Source: Octopus vulgaris (Eukaryota). From it: DNA of 64,000 nt. A program made the position numbers and the translations under genes. The notes beneath the pieces were generated by a model. The model was not told where the DNA came from. It made no database searches and saw only the letters and a list, made by a program, of their open reading frames with translations. The DNA lies in NCBI GenBank assembly GCA_951406725.2, contig OX597816.1, forward strand, positions 71,300,001 through 71,364,000. The letters are read 5' to 3'. This document shows positions 49,210 through 59,229 of the stretch, one piece after another (within the stretch, counting starts at the first letter, position 1; every line of letters starts with the position of its first letter).

Positions 49210-52143
49210 TCTTTCCCTCTTGCTCTCTGTTAAGTGTCATGGTCACTGCCTTCCTTCTTAACTAAAAGATATAATATAAAATAAAGACTTCAGAGTTCTG
49301 TCTTTGCAGTTTCGTTCCATGTATTATTCTGTTAAAACTAGTTCTCCTCCATAGAATATATGTGAGAGTACCAAAAAAAGTCTTTCAGTGTTAAATATGT
49401 TCAACTATTGCATCTCTTAACCCTACACAGACTGTTGTATCTTTTGTTTACCATTTCATTTTGAAACACATTGAGGAAGATAGAAACACGCATTCTCTCT
49501 CATGTACACACACACACACGCGCGCGTGCACATGCACACACAGAGCTTTGCTTTTATTCATATCTGTACTAATTCTCTTTTATTTTCTTTCGCAGACAAC
49601 GGCCGAAAGATTTTCCTCAAGAGGTCAAAAGCTATGTTTTCAAATTTGAGCATCTTCCTTCTGTACTGAACTGTAATTTCTGTACAAAGTTGATTTCAAA
49701 TTTGACCGGTTCCAACGAGACAAAACGGAAAGGAGAAATCTGCGAGTACGTTGAATACTTGTTCTGGAGCTATGCTGTCCAGTACACACGCCCAAACATT
49801 ATGAACCCTACATGTGTTGTACTTACTCAGAAGCACATCTTCATCCAACACTTTGATGGTTACAGTCAGGATTTCCCAGGAGTTCCTCATACTACTACAT
49901 ATTATATTCTTCCTTTGTGTAACATTCAACGAATTCTTATCAGCCACAATATTGTTCAACTCGAAGAATCTTTCGTCGGTCCCAGTGGGATTTTCCTTCT
50001 CTACCAAGTTGAATCTCATCAAATTAAAACCTTTACCGATATTTTGAAAAAATGCTACCAAAACAACGCTGATCAAGAAGTTCCCAAAATTATTGATATT
50101 TCAGGACAGCTTTATTTTTCGGATTTGATTGAGAATGTGGAATCAAAAGAAGGTTTGTATTCTTCAGAAATAACATTTACTGCCATTGTTATATACGATG
50201 CCATGTGGCATACTTTGGCTGTATCTGAGAATTATTTGTACCTAGTGGAAACGGAAGATTTCTTTTTTAGCACAGACTGTTTTGTCAGTGAGAATCCTGA
50301 TTCTGATGCTGTTGACAAGAATAACAAACATTCAATTCTTAAATACTACCCTATCATGGCAGGTGGAAATGTAAGCTTTAAATGGTGTCAAAATGGCAGC
50401 AAACAACTTCGTTTTCCAGAGATTCTAAATAATGTCAGATATGAACTTCATCCACTATCAATGGAATTCAATTGCCAAGGGAAAACGGAATGTCTTGCTC
50501 TACATTTTCTTAGTGCAAAAACACGGGATGAGTATTTAGAAAAATTCACAAGTCTTCGAGCACTGAATGTCAATAGACTGTCTTTAGCTGCACGCCAGGA
50601 ACCTGAAGGAGCTAATGAAGATAATGATGTTGAATGTAAGAAATTGCTTGTAACTAGCGATGACATAGTTTTAACCAAAGATTGCCTTACAATAAATCAC
50701 AGTTCCAGCTTGACCGTTTCCTCTCCAAATTCATCTAGTTCCCTAAAAACCCCTGTCAATGTGCAGGATGTAAGAAGACCAAGTTTCACAATGCCATGTG
50801 AAGAACAGCTGACTTACCTAACACAGTGTAACTTGACGTACAAATTAGTCAAATCTCGATCTCCTTGCTTAGAAAGTATTGGGAAAATGAATGGTTACGA
50901 ACTGATACAGTTTTTTCATACAAATATTGCTCACATAGGTTTTGAGAATGAGGAGATGATGTATGTTGTTTGGGCAGATGTTGTTCCTTACAGAAACCCA
51001 GATCAAGAAATTCTATCATTAGTAGTTCTCACCTCGAGGGCAGTCTATTGTATTTCTGATACTAAAGTGAAATTACCACCTAAATCCAAACACACATGGA
51101 TGACACACTATCGTCACAAATCAGACTCAGCCATTGACGATCATCTGATACAAGGGAAATCTGAGGACAGCCATTGTTCTGGTATCCTACACAAAGGCGG
51201 ATTCCAGCATTCTCAACTTCCTCGAGCATTTATTACCATTCCTCTGTCTCAACTGGTCCAGGTTAACATTGGTATGTTTAACCAATGTTTACGCTTTACT
51301 GGACCTTCAGATGACTTAGTTTGTACTGTTGTTACTCGTGATTGTGCAACTACTGAAATTTTTCTACAGGTGACTTTCTCTGTTCTCTCTTCAAATGTTG
51401 TTACTTCTGCTGACACACCATCAGATTCTGAGATGGATTTCTACAGCCTTGTCACAAAATCTCGTTCTGCTACAGAAGGAAGTGAATACATCCATCCCAG
51501 CAAGGTTCGCTTTTGTTACCCTGGTGAAGAAACAATTTCAGACATTTTGTATATAATCTCTGATATCTCAAGGGAGCAGGTCCTGCCTAATCTCAAAACT
51601 CCTTACCTTATATGGATTTACATTCTGGGATTCCAGATCCCTATGGAAGCTAGTGTGTCTGAAGCAGTTGATAAAGCTATCCCTCGAACTGTCATCTTAA
51701 CTAACCGACACATCTGCCTTTGTGCTGAGGATTTGGTTAGCTACCCACTTCCAGATTTTGCTCGGGGGTTGCCTGACAAGCCACGCCATCGCATTCTGGA
51801 CGTACGAAAAATTGAATACCTAAAGCGGATACTTGTAGATTCTGAACCTCTTAAATGTTTAACACTTGTGTTCTCAGATGAAGATGACGAAATAGAGGTT
51901 GATGCCTCTTTCGAATATTACAGTCCCAAAGAAGAACTGCAGGGCCGTGTGTCCCCTCCTGAAATTAGTGTGAGACTTCTGTTTCAGAAAGGTAAAGAAG
52001 AGGAGAAATTACTGCAGATGTTGAAGCGACAATGGGCTGAGATCCATTCTTCTGCTGAGCTCCCTGTTCACACGACAACTTGGCTTAAACAGGATATATA
52101 CTCAACTTCCCAAGGATCAACAGGATGTCATACACTCTCTTAG
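5008..52143 (+). CDS. NISCH: Nischarin (IRAS) orthologue, 5'-partial 16-exon model: join(5008..5091,9481..9663,11022..11070,12648..12743,13016..13083,14101..14196,15092..15187,17204..17329,17739..17934,20753..20811,23548..23676,23946..24062,26955..27741,42039..42241,46790..46872,49596..52143)
   Basis: All introns are GT-AG with matching phases; summed CDS is 4920 nt with no in-frame stop. PX motif [13 protein letters not shown], LRRs, [24 protein letters not shown] and YPLPDF recall human nischarin. First coding exon not found in the window. Confidence 0.92.
5192..5480 (+). mobile_element. tRNA-derived SINE, CORE-like, degenerate
   Basis: A/B-box-like head (tggccttgtggttaggg...tcaattcccagacc); similar to copies at 18763, 26537, 37256, 58731. 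Confidence 0.6.
5851..6012. mobile_element. Tc1/mariner-superfamily MITE
   Basis: TIRs ctgtatttcaacgtgtataa / ttatacatgttaaaatacag, TA on both sides. Confidence 0.7.
6020..7595 (-). mobile_element. Decayed Tc1-like DNA transposon (transposase pseudogene)
   Basis: Minus-strand remnants [37 protein letters not shown]; imperfect ~26-bp TIRs at 6020-6045 and 7570-7595; 42-44-bp internal tandem duplication at ~6577-6665. Confidence 0.85.
9481..9663 (+). CDS. NISCH: NISCH exon, PX domain ([20 protein letters not shown]...YFLDFNKY)
   Basis: tttcag|CTT...TAT|gtaagt; 183 nt; LPPKK PX motif. Confidence 0.96.
10128..10372 (-). mobile_element. CR1-group LINE 3' fragment with (ATT)n tail
   Basis: Minus frame [16 protein letters not shown] resembles the CR1 RT C-terminal LP..VV....SFK motif. 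Confidence 0.55.
11022..11070 (+). CDS. NISCH: NISCH exon ([17 protein letters not shown])
   Basis: ttgtag|GAG...AGAG|gtatgt; 49 nt, phase 0/1; resembles human EINGITAALAEELFEKG. Confidence 0.93.
11308..12545. mobile_element. Cluster of RTE 3' UTR copies: - 11308-11575, - 11856-12115, + 12122-12251, - 12252-12545
   Basis: Same diagnostic tail in alternating orientations. Confidence 0.8.
12648..12743 (+). CDS. NISCH: NISCH exon ([31 protein letters not shown])
   Basis: ctttcag|GA...TGTG|gtcagt; 96 nt, phase 1/1. Confidence 0.9.
13016..13083 (+). CDS. NISCH: NISCH exon ([23 protein letters not shown])
   Basis: ttccag|AT...AAG|gtatct; 68 nt, phase 1/0; GHILDF motif. Confidence 0.93.
14101..14196 (+). 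CDS. NISCH: NISCH exon ([32 protein letters not shown])
   Basis: cattag|ATC...GAG|gtaagt; 96 nt; G.SNI...FDL..FKSL motif. Confidence 0.93.
15092..15187 (+). CDS. NISCH: NISCH exon ([32 protein letters not shown])
   Basis: ttttcag|ATT...AAG|gtaaaa; 96 nt, phase 0/0. Confidence 0.88.
15324..16165. repeat. 27-bp minisatellite, about 31 copies (ccagctaagatcacccacactcttgct)
   Basis: Directly visible periodicity; produces the 348/257/167-aa repeat ORFs. Confidence 0.95.
17204..17329 (+). CDS. NISCH: NISCH exon, start of LRRs ([10 protein letters not shown]...[15 protein letters not shown])
   Basis: tcacag|GAT...ATA|gtaagt; 126 nt; xDxSHNxI LRR motif. Confidence 0.92.
17739..17934 (+). CDS. NISCH: NISCH exon, LRRs ([14 protein letters not shown]...[21 protein letters not shown])
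   Basis: ccacag|CAA...CAAT|gtaagt; 196 nt, phase 0/1; three LxxLxLxxN repeats. Confidence 0.96.
18659..19211. mobile_element. piggyBac-type MITE interrupted by a CORE-like SINE (about 18763-19070)
   Basis: Both halves match the MITE at 20449-20673 and 46135-46326; right end tgctaaagggttag. Confidence 0.65.
19468..20330. mobile_element. tRNA-derived SINE (+) with a second SINE (-, about 19556-19985, internal (CA)n) nested inside
   Basis: Host ggcaagtgtcttctact...atagc is split by an inverted copy of the related family. Confidence 0.7.
20449..20673. mobile_element. piggyBac-type MITE, degenerate
   Basis: ccctttagcatt...aatgctaaaa ends; homologous to 46135-46326. Confidence 0.6.
20753..20811 (+). 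CDS. NISCH: NISCH exon, LRR ([20 protein letters not shown])
   Basis: ttaaag|GT...GAC|gtaagt; 59 nt, phase 1/0. Confidence 0.92.
23548..23676 (+). CDS. NISCH: NISCH exon, LRR/LRR cap ([16 protein letters not shown]...[16 protein letters not shown])
   Basis: tgtcag|ATC...GAA|gtaagt; 129 nt. Confidence 0.95.
23946..24062 (+). CDS. NISCH: NISCH exon ([39 protein letters not shown])
   Basis: tttcag|ATA...AAA|gtaaga; 117 nt; KELDTV..L.AIQK motif. Confidence 0.94.
25575..26178 (+). mobile_element. RTE LINE 3' copy (ORF end, 3' UTR, about 5 modules)
   Basis: Colinear with 39505-40092 and the reverse complement of 3625-4180. Confidence 0.8.
26955..27741 (+). CDS. NISCH: NISCH Ser/Thr-rich low-complexity exon with (TACTSS)n repeat
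   Basis: cctgcag|AAC in phase 0, open for 787 nt, CCAG|gtaatc donor in phase 1; no homology support, so based on frame and splice sites only. Confidence 0.72.
27411..27590 (+). repeat. Coding 18-bp tandem repeat x10 encoding TA(C/G)TSS
   Basis: ac(a/g)gcttgtacctcttca units starting at 27411 with period 18. Confidence 0.95.
28901..29772 (-). mobile_element. Decayed mariner-like (maT/DD37D-type) transposon
   Basis: Minus remnants V*QQDSAPYH and [11 protein letters not shown]; imperfect TIRs cagagtgcagtgaataaactgtt / aacaatttacccatcacaccct. Confidence 0.75.
29833..30209 (+). mobile_element. RTE 3' UTR copy
   Basis: Modules plus constant tail plus (GAT)n. Confidence 0.8.
30667..30810. repeat. 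Fold-back element: 62-bp arms (2 mismatches), 20-nt loop, in (TA)n
   Basis: 30667-30728 is the reverse complement of 30749-30810. Confidence 0.95.
31434..32518 (+). mobile_element. Internally deleted piggyBac element with transposase 5' ORF (31713-32225)
   Basis: TTAA TSDs (31430-33, 32519-22); TIR ccctttcgttac; ORF with SESEFEGFS, acidic N-terminus and YF.LLF...TNRYA...[21 protein letters not shown] typical of PGBD transposases. Confidence 0.92.
34881..35207. repeat. Fold-back element: about 134-bp arms, 59-nt loop, within a (TA)n-flanked insert (about 34770-35230)
   Basis: 34881-35015 vs 35075-35207 are near-perfect reverse complements. Confidence 0.95.
36380..36712 (+). mobile_element. 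Two tRNA-derived SINEs with a gcctttcatcc...gtcgataaa central domain
   Basis: Homologous to the intact copy at 59694-59927; further copies at about 8320, 21355, 25255, 52930. Confidence 0.75.
37256..37570 (+). mobile_element. tRNA-derived CORE-like SINE
   Basis: A box tggcttagtgg, B box gagttcaattccc, then ggtaagacactttatttcacgttgctccagttcactcaactgtagaaatgag resembling the CORE domain. Confidence 0.75.
38235..38696 (-). mobile_element. Two tandem tRNA-derived SINEs (same family as 59694-59927)
   Basis: Reverse complements of the 36380-36712 copies, separated by (AAT)/(GAT) tails. Confidence 0.75.
39505..40092 (+). mobile_element. RTE LINE 3' copy
   Basis: Colinear with 25575-26178. Confidence 0.8.
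40604..40820. mobile_element. piggyBac-derived MITE, inverted relative to 55251-55465, one end truncated
   Basis: Reverse-complement similarity to 55251-55465. Confidence 0.7.
40822..41072. repeat. Degenerate tandem repeat, about 75 bp x 3
   Basis: Recurring tatgtagcta...gctgttattgtagaag...gaga units. Confidence 0.6.
42039..42241 (+). CDS. NISCH: NISCH exon, low-conservation linker ([11 protein letters not shown]...[11 protein letters not shown])
   Basis: ttttccag|GA...AAA|gtaagt; 203 nt, phase 1/0, open frame; alternative phase-0 acceptor at 42124. Confidence 0.65.
42719..42859. repeat. Fold-back element: 66-bp arms (5 mismatches), 9-nt loop
   Basis: 42719-42784 vs 42794-42859; short TA runs on both sides of the insert. 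Confidence 0.93.
43381..43859 (-). mobile_element. 5'-truncated RTE LINE insertion with 14-bp TSD
   Basis: Open 156-aa frame with LYGSETW, RWAGHV, GRPP..W RTE motifs; TSD atatgcatgtatat at 43367-80 and 43860-73; short tandem-repeat 3' tail. Confidence 0.93.
44859..45129 (+). mobile_element. RTE 3' UTR copy
   Basis: Constant tail plus (GAT)n. Confidence 0.8.
46135..46326. mobile_element. piggyBac-type MITE
   Basis: TTAA|ccctttag...ctagaggg|TTAA. Confidence 0.8.
46790..46872 (+). CDS. NISCH: NISCH exon, linker ([28 protein letters not shown])
   Basis: taatag|AGA...CT|gtaagt; 83 nt, phase 0/2, supplies the phase 2 needed by the last exon. Confidence 0.65.
46964..47200. repeat. Fold-back element: about 110-bp arms, almost no loop, (TA)n at both ends
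   Basis: aaattagagaaaaaaccacctttt...aacaata vs tattgtt...aaaaggtg...ctaatttt. Confidence 0.93.
48629..48789. repeat. Fold-back element: about 77-bp arms, within a (TA)n-flanked insert (about 48630-48866)
   Basis: 48629-48706 vs 48722-48789 are reverse complements with about 7 mismatches. Confidence 0.93.
48726..48763 (+). ncRNA. Minimal type-I hammerhead ribozyme motif (Penelope-like)
   Basis: CUGU|CUGACGA|AUG-GGAA-CGU|GAA|ACU-CCG-AGU|A|ACAG: conserved core nucleotides present, stems I-III pair, cleavage triplet GUA. Confidence 0.7.
49048..49220. repeat. (CT)n-rich polypyrimidine microsatellite
   Basis: Directly visible. Confidence 0.95.
49596..52143 (+). CDS. NISCH: NISCH terminal coding exon (C-terminal conserved region)
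   Basis: ttcgcag|A CAA CGG phase 2, open to TAG at 52141; [31 protein letters not shown] and PRTVILT...[12 protein letters not shown] resemble the human NISCH C-terminus. Confidence 0.92.
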
Positions 52144-53227
52144 AACAAACGTGGTGGTGACCATACAACTTCCTTTTTTATGCAGTATATTACAGCATCA
52201 GCGTCCTGAGAGAGTCAGGACAACCACACGCTTACTCGGATTAAGAAGGCCACTCAACAATTAACACTGCTTTGAGATTAACACAATCATGACCTAATGT
52301 TTTGAGACTAACATTCAAACCATAGATTTAAAAACAAAAAAGCAAAAAAAAAGCATGTCATACATTAAACCAAAACTAAAGCTACCTGTGTGAGGTGTTG
52401 TACTCTCTTTTCTGTGCTATCGTTAAGAAAAAAAAAAAAAAACAAAAACAAAGAGAATCCCCCTTCCTTCCCCTGTTATGTCTCCTTAATTTATAATTTC
52501 AGATTTATGTTATTCCTTGTCTTTCACAGAACCAATTCTAAAATACTTTGACGAATACTCTGAGTAACTATGCACCGATACTGCAAGTGTTCTGGAGCAA
52601 CATCTAAACTCCTGAGTGGCAGGCAGAGTTTCAACTCACTCATGCCACAAATGCCTTTATGAATGGCATGAACATCACAGCATTGCATTTCCCATTCTTT
52701 TATAAATTTTTGAGGTCATGTGTTTTGCTAAGAACTCACTTCTGTCAATCATTAGTGAATAACTTGCTTGGGTTAACGACTTTTTTTTAAAATTATTTAT
52801 TTATTTATTTTATTTTGAAAAGGTATAAACTTGGCCCAGAGTTTTTGAAGGGTAGTGTTGGGTGAGACTGGAACACTTGACATCAGGTTGGGTGTGTTAA
52901 TAGGCTAACAGGTGAACTGTACTCAGTTCTTTCTAATTTTAGCACAAGGCCAGCAATTTTAAGAGGAGGGGCACTTTGTCCTATTATTGGACTGGTATGT
53001 ATTTTACCAACTTCCAAAAGGATGAAAGGCAAAGTTGACTTCAGTGGAATTTGAACTCAGAATGTAAAGAGCCAGAAAAGATGCTGCAGAGCATTTTATC
53101 TGCCAACCCACCACTTTGAGCTGTACCAGTAATATGTCAGTGGAGGCCTATTGGAAGGTTGACCAGTTCCCAGGTCAACATGTCTGTTTAATATTTTTGT
53201 TGTTGTTAACAGTTTGATGCTCTAAAT

Positions 53228-53519
53228 CAGTGGTTCCCAAAGTGGGCAATACTGCCCCCTTGGTGGGGGCATTGCAGTGATCCAGCAGGGACGTTGAAGA
53301 AAAGTGAGGTGATAATGGAGTGGCCAAAAGGGGGCAATGGATCTAAAAACAACAAAATTATGGGTTAAAGTTTTATTTGTGAAATACTGTTGTTGAACTT
53401 GCTGCAGAAAATGGTCAGTGTTTGTACTGGTGAGTTGTGGAATGGGGGTGGGGTGGATGCTAGGAATGTGGCCCGGGTGCCAAGGGGGCAGCAGCCCCCA
53501 AAAAGTTTGGGAACCTCTG
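53228..53519. mobile_element. hAT (Charlie-like) MITE
   Basis: TIR cagtggttcccaaa / tttgggaacctctg; 8-bp TSD ctctaaat/ctctaaaa. Confidence 0.85.
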
Positions 53520-54521
53520 CTCTAAAATGTTGCATCACTTTGTGAAGTTTTGTTTGAGTCAGTGACATGTCAGCTGTGACTGGAATAACCTTTTATATAT
53601 ATTTCCATGAAATATGTAAATATGCGTGTGTGTATATATATTCGTGTTTATATATTTATGTGTATGTGAGTATGTATATATTTACATACACACGTGATCA
53701 TTGGTCAACGACTGGGAAGTACATCCTGCTGTAAAAAATGTTTCTATAATGTACTTAATATTATACATTTCTAAATCCAACTTACCCATGCTGTCTGGGA
53801 AAATGGATATAAAACTACGTGTGTGTGTGTAAATATTGTAATATATATGTATGTATGTATGTATATAAATGGTACATTCTATTGTTATATAAATGTTATG
53901 CCATGAGAGTACTTGATATCTTAAGATAAAGAACTAAAACATCTATATATACTGGAAATAACAGAATCTATATAGCTATACACACCTGCACTCACATGTA
54001 TATGCGTGTGTGTGTGTGTAATGTATATATATATAAATATGTATACATGCACACAATATTTAATTAGTCAGAAGAGGAATAAGATACAGATCCCTGGAGA
54101 AACAGTTTTACTTTGTTCTTTTTTTTAAAAAAAAAAAATCTTTAAAACCCCAACCCTACCCCACTTTCAAGATGTTACCATTAAGGGTTTGTCATGTTTC
54201 CTTATAAGTTCCTTATGTTTTGTTTAAGACAGTAAATTTCCTTGGTCCGTTGCTGTTTCAGCAGAGGCGTGGTTTATTTTCTGAATGAAAAATTCCGGTT
54301 GTTAATGTTATTATTGGTTTCCTTTGTTATTGTGAATCCTGGAAATGATGTTGTCTGTTATCTATTTCTTTTCACTTTACTTAAAACACATTGATAGAAT
54401 TGAGAAATATGTTCCAAAGAAAAACTTGGACTTATGAAGAGTACCTGGGGAATCATTAACAGTCACCACAATAACTGTATCATTGAGAAAAATGAGGATG
54501 GAGCTAAGATATTTATCGTTC

Positions 54522-55198
54522 TAGTAGTTCTCCACCATTTTTTTAGCTACGGACCCCTTTGATTCCCATTTTACTTGGGTGGACTCTCAGAGCCATTCAG
54601 TGTTAAAAAAATCCTGTAATATTTTCATAATTAAATATTACTAGCAGCATAGCCCGACGTTGCCCGGGTATGTAAGAGCCCCTAGTAGGCAACGACTAAT
54701 CCCAATCTAGTCCTTTCCCTCTAGGGAATGAAGGCGCATGTGTAGGTTGCAATGTCTTCTCTTCACTCGAATACTTCTGTGTATACGATGTTCCTAGCTG
54801 TCCCTGTGGGCGATAAAAAGGTCGAGTTGTGTCCCCTAGACAGAAAATGTGTTGCATATAAAAAGCTTAGATTCTCGACCCCATGTCGAATTTATCGATT
54901 TTTTTCAGAACTTTTCAAAATTTTCACTGCGTTAGTTTTGAATTATGAGATTGGGCTATGTGTGTGTCAAGTTTCATCAGAATCGGTTGAAAGCTGTGGT
55001 CAGGGGAGGGTTCAACCTGACAGACACACAGACAGACAAATTGCCATTTATATAGAGAGAGATTACAAATTGTATAGAAAAAAATTGTTAATATTTTGGA
55101 CATTGCAGGATTATGACCAATTTATTCCACATAAATAATAAAATCCCATATGGACCCATCCACCCCAGTGTCATATTGACCCCAGTTGAGAACCACAG
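54522..55198. mobile_element. hAT-like MITE containing a Helentron-type non-autonomous element (54640-55064)
   Basis: Ends tagtagttctc / gagaaccacag; inner element starts actagc...cccgacgttgcccggg and ends acagacagac...tttatatagagagagatt. Confidence 0.7.
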
Positions 55199-55250
55199 TT
55201 CTAGACAAAACAAAGTAACAAAACTGTTGTTTTTTATTTGTTAGGTTTAA

Positions 55251-55465
55251 CCCTTTCGTTACCATATTTATTTTGGGATGCTCTGTGTCTCTTTCAATTA
55301 TTTTAAATATAACTAAGAATTTAGTAAAATAACTTCATTAAGCTTGTGATGGGAACATAAATTGGGACTAAGGTTTGGTGGAAGATTTTAATTCAAAATT
55401 TACGAAAACAAGATATTTGTACTACAGAGCCACAGCTGGTTTCAGCCGGGTTGCTAACAAAAGGG
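55251..55465. mobile_element. piggyBac-derived MITE
   Basis: TTAA|ccctttcgttac...taacaaaaggg|TTAA; same TIR as 31434-32518. Confidence 0.88.
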
Positions 55466-55474
55466 TTAAAGGAA

Positions 55475-55700
55475 GGGGCAGTGCCCACAGTCTTTGTAAC
55501 CTTTCTGATATAGGTGTGACTGAGGCCATTAACACTCTCCTTGAACAGCATTGGCATCTGTGTGAAAGGCATAAGCTGGGTGATACTTCCAGATGGCCAC
55601 CAACACTCTGGACGGGACTGTTTGTAGTGATTTGTATAGGAGGCCTGAGTGAGGGGTTTAGATATATCGAGGGTAAGGAGGAGGGGCGTGAATAAGGACA
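55475..55700 (-). pseudogene. Decayed LINE reverse-transcriptase fragment
   Basis: LLLTLDISK and SVNG...VT.TVG resemble non-LTR RT motifs LDxSKAFD and VNG...VTSGVPQG. Confidence 0.4.
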
Positions 55701-56504
55701 ACTGGCTTGGAAATGTCTGAATGAAAATTGTACGAGCCTACTTATTTGTGAGGTGTAGTGCACCTGTGAGCTAAGGATGGAGTCTTTGAGGGACTTTATG
55801 ACAGTCAAACCATGAAACCTTTTCTAGATATCTTTTGTATGTCAGTGTTGCAGCAGCACTGTCTCAGATATGAGAGTAATACTCTTAATGGGAAGCCTCT
55901 GTAGTTTAAATATTTAAAGCTATAAAATAATCGTGTTGGCAAGGATATATCATAAAATGAGCAGCATATTTGATATTTCAAAGATTTTTTTTTATTGTAT
56001 ATTCTCTATTCCTTTAACATGGATCATTATTAATAGTCTATACTTTGCTATAATAAGTGCTATGTAAGTTTAGGCCTAGCTTTTATAGCTGCTATGTAAG
56101 AGGGTTAGCGTAGCCTTGTACTATTATAAAACTTAAAATTAATGTAATAAACATTTAATATATAAAACACAATTGTTTAAGCAAACCTGAAAATTAAAAA
56201 CGAATTTTCTTTTTTCATAATATTTCTTGATATTACTGCCTCGTGTACCCCACCCAAACCACACACACACAGTCTCCTACTATTGGAAAATATATACAGC
56301 TCAGCAGAAATTTTAATTAAATTAAAACTAAAACATCTATTCTCTATGAAATGAAAATGTTAGTAATAAGCAACTTAAATGTCTGTGTGTGTATATAGGA
56401 TTGTGTGGGAAAATGAAATGAATAAACAAATTATATATGTATGTGTGTTTATGTATATATCTGTGTATGTGCACACTTACATGCAATTAGCCCAGGGGTG
56501 TTCC

Positions 56505-57320
56505 AGCCTCTTCGCCTTACTGGCACTTGTGCCCCATGCTAGTAGGGTGCTAAGAGCACCATCCAAGTGTGATCATTGCCAGAGCGGCTAACTGGCTTCT
56601 GTACCGGTGGCATGTAGGAGGCACCATTCGAGCGGGATCGTTACCAGCATTGCCATACTGGCACCTGTGCCGTTGGCATGTGGGGAAAAAAAAAATTCAA
56701 GCAAGGTCATTGCCAGTACCACCAAACTAGCCCTTGTGCCAGTGGCACGTAAAAACACCCACTACACTCTCGGAGTGGTTGGAGTTAGGAAGGGCATCCA
56801 GCTGTAGAAACCCTGCCAAATCAAGATTGGGGCCTGGTTCGCCAGACCTCAGTCAAATCGTCCAACCCATGCTAGCATGGAAAGTAGATGTTAAATGATG
56901 ATGATGATGATTTATATATAAATTTATGAAACAATGTGGAATGAACACAATGTTCAACAATTGTTTCTATGCATTAATAACGGCTGTTAGCTGCTCTGAG
57001 CTTTCCATATCATACATATAATTATATATAAATATTATATGGTGGCACGTAAAAAGCACCATCTGAATGTTGCTTCTTGACTGGCTTCTGTGCTGGTGGC
57101 ATGTAAAAAGCACCAACCGATCATGGCCGCTGCCAGCCTCCGGTGGCACGTAAAAAGCACCCACTCATGGAGTGGTTGGCGTTAGGAAGGGCATCCAGCA
57201 GTAGAAACATTGCTAGATCAGACTGGAGCCTGGTGCAGCCTCCTGGCTTCCCAGACCCCGGTTGAACCATCCAACCCATGCTAGCATGGAAAACGGACAT
57301 TAAATGATGATGATGATGAT
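56505..57320 (+). mobile_element. Two RTE 3' UTR copies (56505-56911, 57040-57320)
   Basis: Modules plus constant tail. Confidence 0.8.
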
Positions 57321-57784
57321 CCAGCAATAGCCCTGTTCTTATACATACTTATATATATCATCATCATCATCATCACCATAGTTCAATGTCCATTTTTCCA
57401 TGTTTGCATAGGTCAGGTCATGCTGAAGTAGATTTTCTACAAGTTAATGCCATCACCAACCCTCACCGGTTTCCAAAGCCAGGTAATGCTTCCCCTGTGT
57501 CATGTTTTACATGAAAGACCAGAAACAAATGACATTGCTTGCAAGATGGTGGTTTATTTGCAATCATCACATGACATCAAGACAAGGACACACACACACA
57601 TGCACATGACAGGCCTCTTAGTTTCCATCTACCAAATCCACTTATATGGTTTTGGTCAACCTGGGGCTGTAGTAGAATTTTGCTCAAGGTGGCATGCAAT
57701 GGGACTGAACCTGAGACCACTTGGTTGGAGAGCAAGCTTCTTAACCACAGCCACTTGTGTACCCCAGCTCTCTCTTCCTATGTA

Positions 57785-57835
<51 letters not shown>

Positions 57836-58349
57836 AGTTAGTTAAGTATATTGTATGTTTTCTGAACAGACTTGTGAAATCATTTATGTCCATATTTCTA
57901 ATTCCTCAATTTGTTGTTGTTATTGTTGCTGTTGTTAATGATATTGTTTCTGTTGTTGTTCAACTCAGACAATCATTGGTTGTGAATGTTATTACAGGTA
58001 TTCCACATTCTGTTGACCCAGTTAAGAAGTTAAATGCAGCAAAGCTAGCTTGTGTCATTATTTCATTGAACCATCTGGTTGGCTGTCTGAACAAAACCAC
58101 AGCTCATCTATGTAATCCCTGTTAAACTTAGATATATTAGCATAAATATAGGCACTCTACACACTTCCTACATAAAAGTGTTATTGATCGTGTTTATGGT
58201 TTTATACTAAAACATAAAGAAAAGTCCATATATATTGTGAGTCCGCCTCAGTTTCCCTTTTGGTATACGACTATATACATGGAGTGTATTTACTGGTTAT
58301 TTGTAGTGCAAATTAAATTTAAATCAGACTGGGCCTCATGGAGGCAAGG

Positions 58350-58688
58350 GACGAGGTGGCAAAGCATGATCTTCGAATGTTGGGCCTTACTGAGGTGATG
58401 ACAAGTGACCGAGATCTTTGGAGATATGCTGCGCTTGAGAAGACTCGGCAAGCCAAGTAAAATTGTTGTCATGGCCATTGCCAGTGTTATGTAAATGGCA
58501 CCCATACTGGTGGCACATAAAAAGCACCCATTACACCCTTGGAGTGATTTGCGTTAGAAAAGGGCATCCAGCCATAGAAACCAAGCTAAATCAGACTAGC
58601 TCCTGGTGCAGCTCTCTGGGTTACAAGTTCCAGTCAAACCGTCTACCCCATGCCAGCATGGAAACCGCATGTTAAATGACGATGATGA
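58350..58688 (+). mobile_element. RTE LINE 3' copy with ORF end
   Basis: DEVAKHDLRMLGLTEVMTSDRDLWRYAALEKTRQAK* then the tail. Confidence 0.8.
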
Positions 58689-58965
58689 TAAATATACATA
58701 TATGCACACACACAAACGTGGGGAGAGGGGAAAGGCATATGGCCTAATGGTTAGTGTTGCTCTTGTGATTGCAAGATTGCAGTTTCACTTCCTGAACTGG
58801 TGGTATGTTGCGTTCTTGAGCAAAACACTGTTTCACATTGCTCCAGTCCACTCAGCTGTTTATGGGTAACCCTGCAACAGACTAATGTTCCAAGGAAGCG
58901 GGGTGTTGGCCTACCTGGACAGTGGGGTGGCATCATTCGAAAGCTACATCAATGCAAGGAAGCAC

Positions 58966-59082
58966 ATTTTGACCTGTATAACATCTGATAGTCTGGTCAA
59001 GACAGTGATATATGTGTACATAAATATATATGTATGTATATATATATATATGTGTGTGTGTATATATATGTATATGTATGTA

Positions 59083-59131
<49 letters not shown>

Positions 59132-59192
59132 ACCTGTATAACATCTGATAGTCTGGTCAAGACAGTGATATATGTGTACATAAATATATATG

Positions 59193-59229
<37 letters not shown>

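Noticed and set aside
48787-49265. SL/ER-rich ORFs, and similar YI/TH/CV ORFs throughout
   Set aside because: Translations of dinucleotide microsatellites
56146-56151. AATAAA as NISCH poly(A) signal
   Set aside because: One of many in AT-rich DNA; cannot be assigned without 3'-end data
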